DNA of 64,000 bases from Albugo candida (taxonomy: Eukaryota): contig JBDOQK010000019.1 of the NCBI GenBank assembly GCA_040437565.1, forward strand, positions 1-64,000. The letters are read 5' to 3'. Position 1 is the first letter of the stretch. Each line of letters opens with the position of its first letter. Positions 1 through 12,955 of the stretch are shown piece after piece. The position numbers and the translations under genes are program-made. The notes under the pieces are model-generated. The model was not told the DNA's origin and ran no database searches. It was given only the letters and a program-made list of their open reading frames with translations.

Positions 1-142
1 ACAACTTCAATTGCCTCAGTTTGATAGTCGAGCGCTTCGTATACTAGAGGTATCAGGTGATCTCTAACGAAGCAAACTAGCATGGCAATGGCTATTTTTT
101 TACGCTTCGTGGTATCGTGCATATGTGGTACGTTATGAAGAT

Positions 143-453
143 GGGAGCTGCTATGGTCACAGACATTTAATACTACGGCCACAGAAAAAACTGCTACGGC
201 CACAGAGAATTGATTTAACCAATCACAGCTCACAAAATTGAATTGTTGCTAAGTATGCCAGCCAATCAGATCACTTGTATACTTTTATACACAAGCTCAT
301 TCACTAGATATCCGCGCAGGCACGGACATGGANNNNNNNNNNNNNNNNNNNNNNNNNNNNNNNNNNNNNNNNNNNNNNNNNNNNNNNNNNNNNNNNNNNN
401 NNNNNNNNNNNNNNNNNNNNNNNNNNNNNNNNTCTGTGGCCATAGCGGCTCCC
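143..453. mobile_element. Mutator/MULE-like non-autonomous TIR element (interior partly in an N gap)
   Basis: Left TIR GGGAGCTGCTATGGTCACAGA (143-163) versus right TCTGTGGCCATAGCGGCTCCC (433-453): 21 bp with 2 mismatches. Flanking 9-mers TATGAAGAT (134-142) and TATGAAAAT (454-462) form a TSD with 1 mismatch. Two subterminal CTACGGCCACAGA repeats. Confidence 0.75.
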
Positions 454-809
454 TATGAAAATACCTTGGTGTTGTACTAATAGAGTGTAGGCTCTTCATC
501 CGATTGATAGCGTCAATATGTCATATAACGATTTCATCCTCTTTCAAATGGGCAATAATGACACGCACATCTTCCATTATAAACTCGTGCTCGTTCATGA
601 TCATACTTCCATAATCGTTCCTCTTTTTTACGTTGATCAATTGCGTATTTGAATGGTTTCTCGCTGTTTATAGTGATAGAATGGCAATTGCGACACAGAC
701 AATATCAGCAGCTTCGAGCTCTGCATACTGTATGCTCATAACTTCTAATGTGTTCGCACGTGCTTGTAACGGAGGATTGTGATACAGGGAATGAGAAACA
801 GTAAATCAC

Positions 810-1493
810 TTACATAGCAATTTTTAGGTCAAAATATTCCTTCTCGATGTCAGACGCTTTCTTGGTCATAATCCCAACGCAGCCAGCTGCGTATATGTCT
901 CACTACGTAATAAAGTTGTTCCTATCCGCGTGAAAAATGTAATAACATGTACTTACTTCTCCAGCACTAGTGAATGCATCTTTGATGATATCTTTTGTCT
1001 GTATCGTAAATGACCAACTCTACGTCTTGCATAGGTAAAACTCGCTTGGTGTCTGTCCTTGAATGATGCTCGACAAGGTTCTTCAGCAGTGGGATCAATA
1101 AATGTCCACCTGATCCCGCATCTCCACGGTTAACTCGTCAGAGTACACAGCGCCTTTTCCCTGGTTGTCGGTTCCAGCAAGTAAGCAGAAAGCGTAATAA
1201 GGGAAGAACGACGTGAGTAGAGCGAGTTTATCAGAACTTGCGCCAGATCCTAAGCTGATAAGATCGCGTCTCGCGTGCATATACACTTGAAAATGGAGCT
1301 GTAGCATTCTACGCGATCGAATGACATCACATCGCGGGGACTGGTCAGCACGGAATTCGACTTCCAGTAATTTTCTTCCGTTACAATACAAAATACTGTA
1401 ACCCGAGCTAAGACGACGATCACCTGAGATGACGATGAAGTCTTGACCGGCAATATCTAATTCTGTTTTACGGCTAGAGGAGTATGGCTCCAA
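810..1493 (-). pseudogene. PSMB1: Proteasome subunit beta type-1 (beta-6/PRE7) pseudogene, intron-retaining
   Basis: EPY...IAGQDFIVISGDRRLSSGYSI, FFPYYAFCLLAGTDNQGKGAVYS, KDIIKDAFTSAGE, then an intron, then *DIYAAGCVGIM...EKEYFDLK. The conserved R of AERDIY is a TGA (900-902), and the middle is scrambled or deleted. Confidence 0.8.
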
Positions 1494-1619
1494 CGATGAG
1501 CGCGGAGGAGTGTCGATGCTTGATGCAGCGTGCTTGGAATCACTTAATGTGTGATGTAAAGATGTAACTCTCTCCGTTGTGTGAGCTGATACTGATTTTA
1601 TGGTTTTGCGGTGATCCCT

Positions 1620-2392
1620 ACTTATAACTACCCAAGGTACCGGTGCCCCTCGGTCGACTTTGTCTTGCTCTGGCTGACTTGGAACATATGAAATGCAAAG
1701 ATGATACTCAGTAAAGCATCTTTGTGGTCTCTAGTGGCTTGATAATATGGCATATACTCGCAAACTAATTCTTATGAAACAGTTGACCGATTAATCACTG
1801 GATACGCAAATCATTAAAAGTCGAAAGATAGAGACGAGTCGTGATTCATGGTTATAGGATATGGTTTATTTCAACGTGCGGGGAAAATATTCCGAACATG
1901 TCTGTGCATTGGTTTTGAAGCTGTGAGGAAAGGGACATGAATGGATGATGCAAACACATTTATGACGCAAAACGCGTAGCAAGCTGCAGGAGTATCTATG
2001 CGCACGATCTGAGTATATTATCTGGAAGGAAGTCATTCTGGCTGCGAGCTATGGCACTCGGATATACCATACAGAAGCGGCAAGAATCCGATGCAAACAT
2101 CTAGTCCTGATAAAGTGGAGATAGCAGCCATCGGGTATCGACTTGATCTAGTAGTACATTGCTCTCTGAACGCAGAAGTCATGTGGTTCGTGTCAGTGAC
2201 AGATGGTTATGTTGAAAAAGCGCGATTGATTTTTAGACAAGCATTCAGTGCCAATCCATGTAGCGAACCGATCTATTCCTTGTAAGTAAAACTTGATTGG
2301 GAAAATGACGAGATTGAGTTAGCTGAACCGCTTCTTGCTAAAGCCAGAGTACACGCACCTTAAACGCAAGTTGACATGAGATCCGTATTGGT
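1620..2392 (+). pseudogene. PRPF6: Internal fragment of pre-mRNA splicing factor PRP6 (HAT/TPR repeats), pseudogenised
   Basis: Colinear PRP6 motifs broken by frameshifts and stops: LALADLE/TYE-AKMILSKA, RKGT*MDDA, IYAHDLSILSGRKSFWLRA, AEVMWF, KARLIFRQAFSANPCSEPI, *VKLDWENDEIELAEPLLAKARVHAP*. Confidence 0.8.
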
Positions 2393-2661
2393 TGCCTTGC
2401 TTAGCTTTCGCTCACCCTGAATATTCATACATGCCTAGATCCTTCTTTTGTTGCAAATATTCCTGCTTTCCTTTCAATTGGGATCATCAGTTCTATCTCA
2501 TTCCATGTCATTGGACCTCACCTCGAATTTCGTCAACATCAGTCGGGATTGGAAAATTCTTNNNNNNNNNNNNNNNNNNNNNNNNNNNNNNNNNNNNNNN
2601 NNNNNNNNNNNNNNNNNNNNNNNNNNNNNNNNNNNNNNNNNNNNNNNNNNNNNNNNNNNNN

Positions 2662-3944
2662 ATATACACTTGAAAATGGAGCTGTAGCATTCTACGCGAT
2701 CGAATGACATCACATCGCGGGGACTGGTCAGCACGGAATTCGACTTCCAGTAATTTTCTTCCGTTACAATACAAAATACTGTAACCCGAGCTAAGACGAC
2801 GATCACCTGAGATGACGATGAAGTCTTGACCGGCAATATCTAATTCTGTTTTACGGCTAGAGGAGTATGGCTCCAACGATGAGCGCGGAGGAGTGTCGAT
2901 GCTTGATGCAGCGTGCTTGGAATCACTTAATGTGTGATGTAAAGATGTAACTCTCTCCGTTGTGTGAGCTGATACTGATTTTATGGTTTTGCGGTGATCC
3001 CTACTTATAACTACCCAAGGTACCGGTGCCCCTCGGTCGACTTTGTCTTGCTCTGGCTGACTTGGAACATATGAAATGCAAAGATGATACTCAGTAAAGC
3101 ATCTTTGTGGTCTCTAGTGGCTTGATAATATGGCATATACTCGCAAACTAATTCTTATGAAACAGTTGACCGATTAATCACTGGATACGCAAATCATTAA
3201 AAGTCGAAAGATAGAGACGAGTCGTGATTCATGGTTATAGGATATGGTTTATTTCAACGTGCGGGGAAAATATTCCGAACATGTCTGTGCATTGGTTTTG
3301 AAGCTGTGAGGAAAGGGACATGAATGGATGATGCAAACACATTTATGACGCAAAACGCGTAGCAAGCTGCAGGAGTATCTATGCGCACGATCTGAGTATA
3401 TTATCTGGAAGGAAGTCATTCTGGCTGCGAGCTATGGCACTCGGATATACCATACAGAAGCGGCAAGAATCCGATGCAAACATCTAGTCCTGATAAAGTG
3501 GAGATAGCAGCCATCGGGTATCGACTTGATCTAGTAGTACATTGCTCTCTGAACGCAGAAGTCATGTGGTTCGTGTCAGTGACAGATGGTTATGTTGAAA
3601 AAGCGCGATTGATTTTTAGACAAGCATTCAGTGCCAATCCATGTAGCGAACCGATCTATTCCTTGTAAGTAAAACTTGATTGGGAAAATGACGAGATTGA
3701 GTTAGCTGAACCGCTTCTTGCTAAAGCCAGAGTACACGCACCTTAAACGCAAGTTGACATGAGATCCGTATTGGTTGCCTTGCTTAGCTTTCGCTCACCC
3801 TGAATATTCATACATGCCTAGATCCTTCTTTTGTTGCAAATATTCCTGCTTTCCTTTCAATTGGGATCATCAGTTCTATCTCATTCCATGTCATTGGACC
3901 TCACCTCGAATTTCGTCAACATCAGTCGGGATTGGAAAATTCTT
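2662..3944. repeat. Direct duplicate of 1279-2561 across an N gap (probable assembly overlap artefact)
   Basis: Same sequence at offset 1383. The ORFs 2091/3474 and 1095/2508 repeat. Confidence 0.9.
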
Positions 3945-4078
3945 GATTTGTAAAGACTATATGCTCATCATGGGACTGTAGATTTTATTTTTACACCTTG
4001 ACGCAGTCTCACCATTTATGCAAAATCAAGGGGAAACTTCTGCCGTCTATATATACCTTACACTATTGAAGAAGCCTA

Positions 4079-4654
4079 ATGGAGTTAGCATCAGATGAAG
4101 AAGGTGCAATCATCCACTCAGCAACATCCTTCGATCCAACATATCCGCCGAGTAAAATTCTGGATGGGTGGGGTATACTGGGGTGCCTTGATATTGATGT
4201 GCTGACTTGATTACGAGATAGTGGACAAGAAACAAAGTGGGTGACCACAGGAAGCTTTCCACAAGAGGTCATACTCCAGTTTGGTAATTGTTCAACAATT
4301 TCGCGCATCAAGACTTGGACTTGCAACGGTACTATAATGTCCAAACCTTCCAGTATCTCGATCAAACTGTGCTCTCGACTTAGTGAAGCAGATGGCTGTT
4401 GAGGTTTGCAGTGGTACAATTCCCACCAAATGGGATCAGCTTTTTGACAAGAGTGCGTTTTACTGTGTCTCTTTCTATGGATTGAGAGTTCATTTGCGAT
4501 AGGATTGAATGAGCATGAAGGAAATGTACAGGTCGAGATTGAGATGGTCGCTGCAAAGGAGGTCACTTTTCTGAAGTTCCGAATAATATCAGGTTGGAGC
4601 GATTTTGCGAGTGTGAATCGTTTGAGTGTTGAAGGCTCAACTTCGAGACGGTGA
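4079..4654 (+). CDS. IFT25: Intraflagellar transport protein 25 (HSPB11), 4 exons
   Basis: Spliced product MELASDEEGAIIHSATSFDPTYPPSKILDG/GQETKWVTTGSFPQEVILQFGNCSTISRIKTWTCN/VKQMAVEVC...WDQLFDK/LNEHEGNVQVE...TFLKFRIISGWSDFASVNRLSVEG with three GT-AG introns. Matches the IFT25 motifs PPxxILDG, WxTTGxFPQE and FASV. Confidence 0.88.
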
Positions 4655-4700
4655 GACATGAATCGCTATAAAGTGCTCTTGCAATATAGCTTCAGCTTAA

Positions 4701-5768
4701 TTAGTGAAAAAATGACTTGATAGACTTCATTCTACGTGATTGGGTTGCGTCTAACTTGAGTTTCTTTCTATTTTGTTGCCGGTTGCCTAGTTCAGACCGC
4801 TTCTCTTCGGATGATGCGTTTCGTTTACGAAAGTCGAAGCGACTCAACTCAAGTGATGGGTCTGAATCCGTGCACGACTTGTCCACAGAATCAAATGACT
4901 TTATGTCAAGGCTATACGCAACCTATCATCATGTGGAGAGATGCAAATAGTAGAGTTTTGACAAACCTGTAATTCGAGCATAATTCAGTGAACCATTCCG
5001 CATTGAGGTACTCCTCGAGTATTTGCACTGCTTCTCGAGTATATCTGATATCCTGTTTGTGTTCCGTATTTCTACTTGGTATCTGTCTATCAAAAGTGGT
5101 CACGTTAGAGTGAGTGTCTTTGTGTGTACAGTCCAAGCTCGCATCGGGATGATAGCCAAGTGCTTCATTCTGTTCTGAAATCGCGATAACATCGACCAAT
5201 CTTTCCACTTTGCGGGAAAGCCACAGCCGTATTTTGTCTTTGTTGGCTTTCACATGCAAATCGTAAAGGAGATAGTTGGCGGAAAGATAAGAACGATCGA
5301 TGTGGCAAATGCTCTCGATTGAATTCTCGTCAATCTCAGAGAGATCGAACCACCATCGATGAGATGATAGTAGGTCACCTAGGCACTTTGATTTGTTTGA
5401 AGATGCTGATAGTTTGCTCAGCAATACATACAAGGGGTCCATTGGTGTCATTAGGATAGTGCGTCCATCTGTCAAGAAGAACAAGAGAATTATCACTCAA
5501 GGCATGGTAAGAACATTGATGACAATCTACCTTTCACGACCTGATTACCCACGAACCAACTCCGATTACCTTTCTTGCCAACGCGCTGCAACTCGTGCAA
5601 TACTTTTCGATGATTTATGGCCAATATTCGCTGTTTAGATACGATGGCATCATCAACCGGCCAACTTGTGAGCGTGAAAAAAGGTTTTTCACACGCATTT
5701 GCTTGAAATCTCTCCAAGTTTTGTTGCTCATCGCCAGCGTCTGTCATCAAGAAAACATGCTTAGTCAT
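4701..5768 (-). CDS. RNASEH2B: Ribonuclease H2 subunit B, multi-exon
   Basis: ELQ...RSWFVGNQVV, DGRTILMTPMDPLYVLL and KIRLWLSRKV motifs; C-terminal PIP-box-like MKSIKSFF. Confidence 0.82.
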
Positions 5769-6153
5769 TGCCTGCGTATGATGATCGTTTTGGCGGGAAC
5801 TTTAAACAAATGACAGAGTAGAATATGGTAAAAAACAAGCTAAATCATTTGTTAATCTCTCAAAATATGAGAACCTGATTGAATGCGAAGAAATTATGAT
5901 ATGACGAAAAGCATCGCACCGATACAATGGGAGTGCAGCAATGAGACATGCAAAGTGATCGATCGCTCGGAGCTGGAAGAAATTTCTCATCGTGATGTGT
6001 TGCCGCACTTCACACTACAAACTATTTGAAGATTTCGATATTGGCTCATAATAGATCAAGTGTATTTATAAATCGAGCAGGTTTTCGTACACTGTTGCTA
6101 TCGTCGATTTTTCACGCGAATACTTGATTGCATCACACTTCTAAGTCTTCCGC

Positions 6154-8466
6154 ATGATCCACGGCGACCAAGATATCGATGCTAATGCACATTTTGTAAT
6201 AGATTCAGTACCTGAAATGATAAGTATTGGTACTTCTCATCCCTCATTAAGTCATGTGCGCTCTCCAGCCTCCAAAGCAAGACTTCGTATCAGAACATTA
6301 CCACGAGAATGTAATCCTACGCCGCAGCCTTTGAAACTGACCACATGGAATTCTGGATCTAAAAAGGCACCTTCTGCTCAACACGCTGCATTTTCCCCGA
6401 AAACGAGCAATAATTTTGCGGAGTTAGAACTAAGTTACAAAGCAGACCCGTTTGACGATCTGACTGAGACCAAAATGGTAAACCAATCGTACGGATTCGG
6501 ATTGCCGGGGCGGATCGAGCTGACGTTTATATGAATTAGAGAACCTTGTGTAAAGTGCAAGATTTGGAAGATGTTACATGTTGCACAATTTCAATTGATT
6601 CTCGGAAGCAGTCGACGGAACTGATAGGCCAATTTCTACCGTCCTTACAGCGACTGCAGTTCTGTCAAAGTTTTATTGTCAGTTTCAGAGATCTTGGGAC
6701 TTCACTCCGAGCTTTGAAAATTTTGGATGCACGTGAATGTGGAATCAAGCATCTGGATGGCATCAGTGCACTTGTTAACTTGGAAGAGCTATACTTGTCA
6801 TACAATGAAATCTCCGAGATTGATTACCGTATCACACACGATCAATTACGCCTGTTAGGTATGTTAAACACTTATTCACTCACTCTCTTGTTCACCAGAC
6901 TGGTGTTTGTCAACTGTTTGCAGATCTGGAAGGAAATCAAATTGCAGATGAAAATCAGGTGCAACATCTCGGTACGGAGTCTACTTAATCTTGCCGTTTG
7001 TCACTTTTAACTGATTTCTTAAACTTCCTTCGGATCTAGCATTTTGTGCACGTTTAAGAGAGGTTCACTTGCGGAAGAATCCCCTGAGTGAATCAAGTCA
7101 CTATCGCCAGCTTATCGCGACCATGCTACCGCAAGTAAAAATTTTGGATGGGATTCCCTTAACAGAAGTTGGGCATTACAGCTTGTGCACCGACACAAGT
7201 GATGAAGGTTCTGGTCAGCGAGATCATGGACAGAAGAAATTGACAATACTTGCGTCGTATGAAACTCGAAATGGTCGAGATGAAGTGTCAAAAAAAAAAC
7301 GCGAAGAAGTAGCTACCAACTACGGAAGCACTCTGACCCACGGGACCGATATTGTCTTTGCTGGGAATCCTACGAATGCGTTGCGTCGTCACAGGAATGA
7401 AATTGAAACAGATCACGCATCGAAGCACGGCGTAGACGACAGTATTACACCAACAGTACATTCTCCTGGAGCACTAATCAATCAAAAGCTACAAAACCTC
7501 GGCCAAGGTGGAGATTATTTTAGTTTTATCAATAGGAGGGAATCCATAACGGATACATTGGATCGTGCCAATGAGTTTGGAAAAGAGAATTCAGAAAAAA
7601 GTTTGGTCATGGACCCCCAAATGCGGCATCCGCAGGTCTCACAGAAAAATAACAAAGATGCAAACGTGCCAATGACAGATAAGACAGTCAACTATTTGGT
7701 GGGTAATAATACGAAAGAACTGGGAAGTCTTGGATTAGGTGTTGACGATGCTGCTCAAGTATTACCAAAGCTTCATCGAAATTTCTCATTCGGACAGTTG
7801 ATGCAGGGTAAAAAATCACCATCACTAGAGTCGGGCAAAATCGTTCACACAATCGATTGCAAAAGTGAGTCCACAGCCTTAAAGTTAGGCATCACTGCGC
7901 TGTCACTGCATGAGATGTATTCTTCTCTCAAAGGGTACAGAAGCGAAGCGTCAGGGTCACATCTACGAGCTGCGCGGAACGGGACAAAGACATCACAGGA
8001 TTCAAGCGCAGAAGACGAAGACAGTGATCAAGAAGATATTATTACTAATCGGACAGCGTACCCAGGAAAAGTGTCTTCGAAACCAATGTTCAACATATTC
8101 CATGGCTTGCGAGCTATCGATCACTGGAACGAACAATTTGAGCAAGGAAGTCCGAAACGTATTTCTCAGAATTCTTTTGATTCAGCGACGTCTTTCAAGT
8201 CTATCAGCAAGCACGATGGCCATCATATTGAGCATGTTGGGCCCGCAAACTTTGAATCGGATGAGGATTTAGTGGCTATTATTCGAGGTGAGTGTACGCT
8301 TGAGATTGATCTCAAGACCCGTGAGGGATTTCGGCGCTATTTTAAAGGGATGAACGCAACGCGTCTACAAGACATTTTGAAGAGAGCTTTCTCGGATGAC
8401 ACCAAAGTATCTCGTCGCTTATCACTCATGAAAGGATACTTGCGTGATGATGCATCAACGAATTAG
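6154..8466 (+). CDS. LRRC56: Leucine-rich repeat protein LRRC56/ODA8 (outer dynein arm maturation), multi-exon
   Basis: FLPSLQRL...SFRDLGTSLRALKIL...GIKHLDGISALVNLEELYLSYNEISEI, LDLEGN, LRR cap YRQLIATMLPQVKILDG, and the conserved LTHGxxxVFAGNPTNALRRHR. Confidence 0.82.
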
Positions 8467-8498
8467 AGTCAGCGCGCTGCTTCATTGCATTATTGATA

Positions 8499-10276
8499 TC
8501 AGGATCGGTAATCGGCATTGATAGCTACGTATTCATGAGTCAGGTCGCAACCAATTACACGTGCACGCTCATTTTCCAGGCCGAGGTCGATGTCGATCTA
8601 ATCATTCAACATTGGGTCAGCTTCCACATTAAGCTGTCAATACTCAAGCGTACCTCCACGAAATTGTCATGAGGAGGAAAATTGTGCGAAGTAACATCGA
8701 CTCCACCGCGTGTTGACTCTAATCATAGACGAATATTAGCATTTTGTTCAGCGTATCGAAATCTCGCGTACCAATCAATTGTGCTCTTTTCAAGTGTTTG
8801 ACCAAAAGACGCTCAATTTCGTGATTGAGCTTGAATTCTCCATTTTCGAATATGCGAACACCGCCCATGCTGATTTTCAACTTGTCGGATAGATCGATGC
8901 CGTGGTGATGTTTACCCATATACTTGCCGATTGCCATGACGAGACGGCCAACATTGGGATCGTTCCCTGCCACCGCGCATTTGAGCAGAGGCGAATTGAT
9001 GACTGATTTACCGACACCTTTTGCCATTTCCTCCGTTATAGCACCACGGACAACGACTTCTATGACATGATGGGCTCCTTCACCATTCCGCACGATATCT
9101 TCACAAAGACGACCACAGACTTCCTGTAAGCCTTGCTTGAACTCGTCGATATGAGTTTTATCAAATGGAATACGGTTAGATGAGACTATGGCAACTGTAT
9201 CAGACGTGCTTTGATCTGNNNNNNNNNNNNNNNNNNNNNNNNNNNNNNNNNNNNNNNNNNNNNNNNNNNNNNNNNNNNNNNNNNNNNNNNNNNNNNNNNN
9301 NNNNNNNNNNNNNNNNNNGAGTTTTATCAAATGGAATACGGTTAGATGAGACTATGGCAACTGTATCAGACGTGCTTTGATCTGTGTCGACACTCATTGC
9401 ATTGTACGTATCGTTCACAACGTCAATTAGCGCTTGTCTGATTATCTCGCGTGGGATGGCAATATCTAAGGGAAAATTACTCGAAACTAAAACCTAAACA
9501 GAGCTCAAATCATATTACCTGTCAATATGTATGACAGCATTGTCGCCATATCAGGCTCAACCATGCCCGCTCCTTTAGCGATGCCCACAATTCGTCCTCC
9601 ACATCGATCGACTGAGCGAATTTTTGGGTACAGATCTGAATGAATAATTACACTTGCATTTAATTACACGTGCAAAATGCGAGTATCAATTACCTGTTGT
9701 CATGATTCCTTTCGCAACTGGAAGAATGCACTCGGATTGCAAACTGTCAACGAGCAGCGGCATAGCTTCCACCATCGCATCGACTGGCAACCGCCAACCG
9801 ATCACACCCGTTGAACTGGGAAATATCATTCTTTCGCTCGGCAAGCATAGCTGCTTCGCGAGAGCGCTACATACTTGAGTCGAGTCATGGACGCCATGGG
9901 TGGCGCATACGTTCGAAATTTTGTTGTTTATAAGAATAGCACCTAGCAGGGGCTCCTTCACGCGTTGTCTTCCAAGGATGATAGGTGCCCCAGGAAAAGC
10001 ATTTTTAGTGAAGACAGCGCTAAATATTGATGTAGGCTCAATCGGTTTGATAAGACTCATTGTCATTGTCGCCGGAAGATGTGGTGCTTCCTGCGGCACG
10101 AAATCGAAGCTTGTTGAGCCAGCCGAGAAGCCCAGTGGCAAACGACTATGATGCGTTTTCAGATAGTCGAGGTACTCATATTTGGATTGGAAGGCAAAAG
10201 AAGGCGATGCCCAACCATAAAATAACTTTGTGTCAGTGGGACGAAATTTCCTTAAGCAGGATAGCGTTTGTATCAT
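8499..10276 (-). CDS. argJ: Bifunctional ornithine acetyltransferase / N-acetylglutamate synthase (ArgJ family), multi-exon
   Basis: [29 protein letters not shown] (autocleavage Thr), [27 protein letters not shown] and C-terminal [18 protein letters not shown] 66-bp overlap duplication flanks the gap at 9219-9318. Confidence 0.93.
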
Positions 10277-10638
10277 CGATTTAAATGGCAGTCAGGGATT
10301 CTGAGGTATTCATTTCAAGAGGACTTTATCATAATAGCTTTACCGTGTCAGTATAAAGAAAGCTTTTTTTGTAGGATAGACATCCTCTATCGCGGATCCA
10401 GATCCTTCTGTATAGTTTCTAGAGTAGTAGTATTTTTTACATGAATTTAGATAGGATTCGATCCGACCTATAGCTAGACGAGTATACAAAACAGTATGCA
10501 GCATGTCGGATGTGGCACCTGATCTGTCCTAAACCTGTTACATTCTATAAACGGAACCGTATAGTATAATCCAAGTGAATCATTTTTATTTGGTGGGAAC
10601 ACGATTTGCTAAAGAAAGAAACGATATTCTCGCGTGCA

Positions 10639-12793
10639 ATGATGCTTCACGAGAAAGACATGATTGCCGTATCGACAAACTCCACACCTTCAAAATCGAG
10701 TAACTCCTCGATAGATGCTAAGGATAGCATAATACCCGCTGACAATGTCAAGCTGGAACACCCGAATACTCAAGAAATAGATAAATCAACATCAACGCAA
10801 ATAAAACTAGAAGAGGCTTGCACTGGAGACGGTGAAAAAATCATTGCTCCGTCAAACACGTCTTCACCTTATTATACTCCTAATTCCACGGTATTGAATA
10901 ATGCGTCCGCATTGCCCGTAAATGGAAAACATGTCATGCTTCCAGCGTTCCTATCGAAGACATTTGAAATATTTAATCTCCCTGAATTTACGGACATGTG
11001 TGGATGGAATGCGACTGGGGACACGATTATCGTTCGGCATTTGGAAGCTTTTGTGGCAACAGTTCTGCCACGATTTTTCAAACATCGAAATTTTCCATCT
11101 TTCGTGCGTCAATTGAATTTGTATGGCTTCCACAAGACTGTACTGGACTCCAAGCGTTTGGAATTTCAGCATCCATATTTCAAACGTAATAGACCAGACT
11201 TACTTCCGCTGATCAAACGAAAAGTCTCCACCCCAAATGCTCCGATCATATCCCAGCAAGCATCACACCCTACAGCAATTGCCCAAGTAAGTGATCAAAA
11301 GCATTGAGGTTTGATGTAGCATAACTTTATTGATTGTGCGGCAGAATACACGCCTGGAAAGCCATCGTGAAGTGTCGGATAATTTATTACGGGAAATGAA
11401 GCTTCTTCGTCAGCGTAGTGAAAATCTCGAGAAGCGTTTGCGAGAATTGGAGATCGATAATGCGGTACCACATTCTCATCCTTATCAATATACTTTCGTC
11501 GTATAGAATATTTTGTTGCCGCAGATTGTACGAAGTGATAATCTGAAAATGTGGAAACACCTGGAGTCAGCAAAAGACAAGCAGTTGATAATGCAAGAGA
11601 AGATGAAGAAGATTATGTGGGTGTTGTTTCAAATATATCGTGGGAAGCAGGGATCCATTCCGAAGCTTTCCAGCAAAGATACATCATCTTACAGTGAAGA
11701 GTACGTGTCATGCATGTCGAGTGTGTGCAATTTGTATACAATTAGGATAGAAATGCGGTGCTTGACAAGAAGTCAAGCACAATGCCTTATATGTTTTTTC
11801 TTCTTTGTATTTACTGCTGGTACACTTGCTTATTGTAGTTATTTGAACAGTAGTAACGTTCTCGGTCCAAAAGAATTCAGAGATGTATTGCGATTCCTTG
11901 CAATGGATGAACCACCGCTATTGCCTCATTCTCCAAGCGATGCGATGGGTATATCAAAAGCATCAACGTCAAGGAAAAGAAAATTTATAGAGGTCGGGCC
12001 CGATCAAGACGACTTTGATTTTCGCATGGATAAAGCAGGTATGCAATGGTTTTCCCTCGATTGAGCCATCTTAACTAGATGCGTGAATTAGTTGATTTTC
12101 TGGCAAATGAACCACAAAATAAGCTCCCCGATTACTTGTTTGCGTCTCTGGTCAATCCAGAACTCACCAATTTACCGTCTTCGAAGACCACTCTCAGTTT
12201 ATTTACACCTATGGATACGACTTTAAGAAAGGAGAAATCGTCGTCCGATGGAAGCAACAGCGATCCGAACGAAATGAACGATACGGATGAGACGAATGCT
12301 TTCAATGATACGCACTCATCACCTTCACTATTATCCGATTCTGAAGTTCATGGCACAAGTGTACCAGGCGCTGATGAACCGACGTTGTCATCTCCGATAC
12401 CTCCGACTGCAACGAACTCAACGAGTGCAAATATGATGGATTCCACAGACCGTAGCGAATCGCTAAATTTCATAGACGAGGAGCTACCGCTGCTAGAAGA
12501 CTCAGACTCGTATGCGTTTGGAGATCGCGAAGAGGTACTGAATGAAAATTCATCCCGTGCAAAGCTCTTATCGTTTGTGTGCTAGCAGCAAGTAATGAAG
12601 CGCCTCGAAGATTTCGAATCTTCTTTGCTAGATGAATACGACGTCAACTGTCTCGACACATTGCTACAAGTACGTGCTCCTTGACCAAGTTGTGGCCTGT
12701 GAAAGTAATCAATGCCTGTAGCACATCAAGCAATCGAGTTCGGAAAAGATTACAAACACAGAAGATCTCTCAAACGAAATTGTTTCACGGTGA
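10639..12793 (+). CDS. HSF-type DNA-binding transcription factor, multi-exon
   Basis: PAFLSKTF...VLPRFFKHRNFPSFVRQLNLYGFHK...EFQHPYFKRNRPDLLPLIKRK, followed by a heptad coiled coil (EMKLLRQRSENLEKRLRELEIDN...QEKMKKIM). The last exons are inferred from splice sites. Confidence 0.88.
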
Positions 12794-12955
12794 TTCCAGT
12801 AGCGTTTACCGCATGAATGCGGGATGTATATCATAAGCTTTAAGTGATCTACTGGTTAATCTCCTCATCTTGTTCAAAGGAGACGTACATTGTCCGAGTC
12901 TGACTTGGTGCTTTTACTTTGTGACTGTGATAATTTATTTCTGAGCAACGTGCAA

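Noticed and set aside
143-206. Short direct repeats that could be mistaken for a CRISPR array
   Set aside because: The context is eukaryotic, the units are only 13 bp with ~8-9 nt spacing, and they are explained as subterminal repeats of the TIR element.
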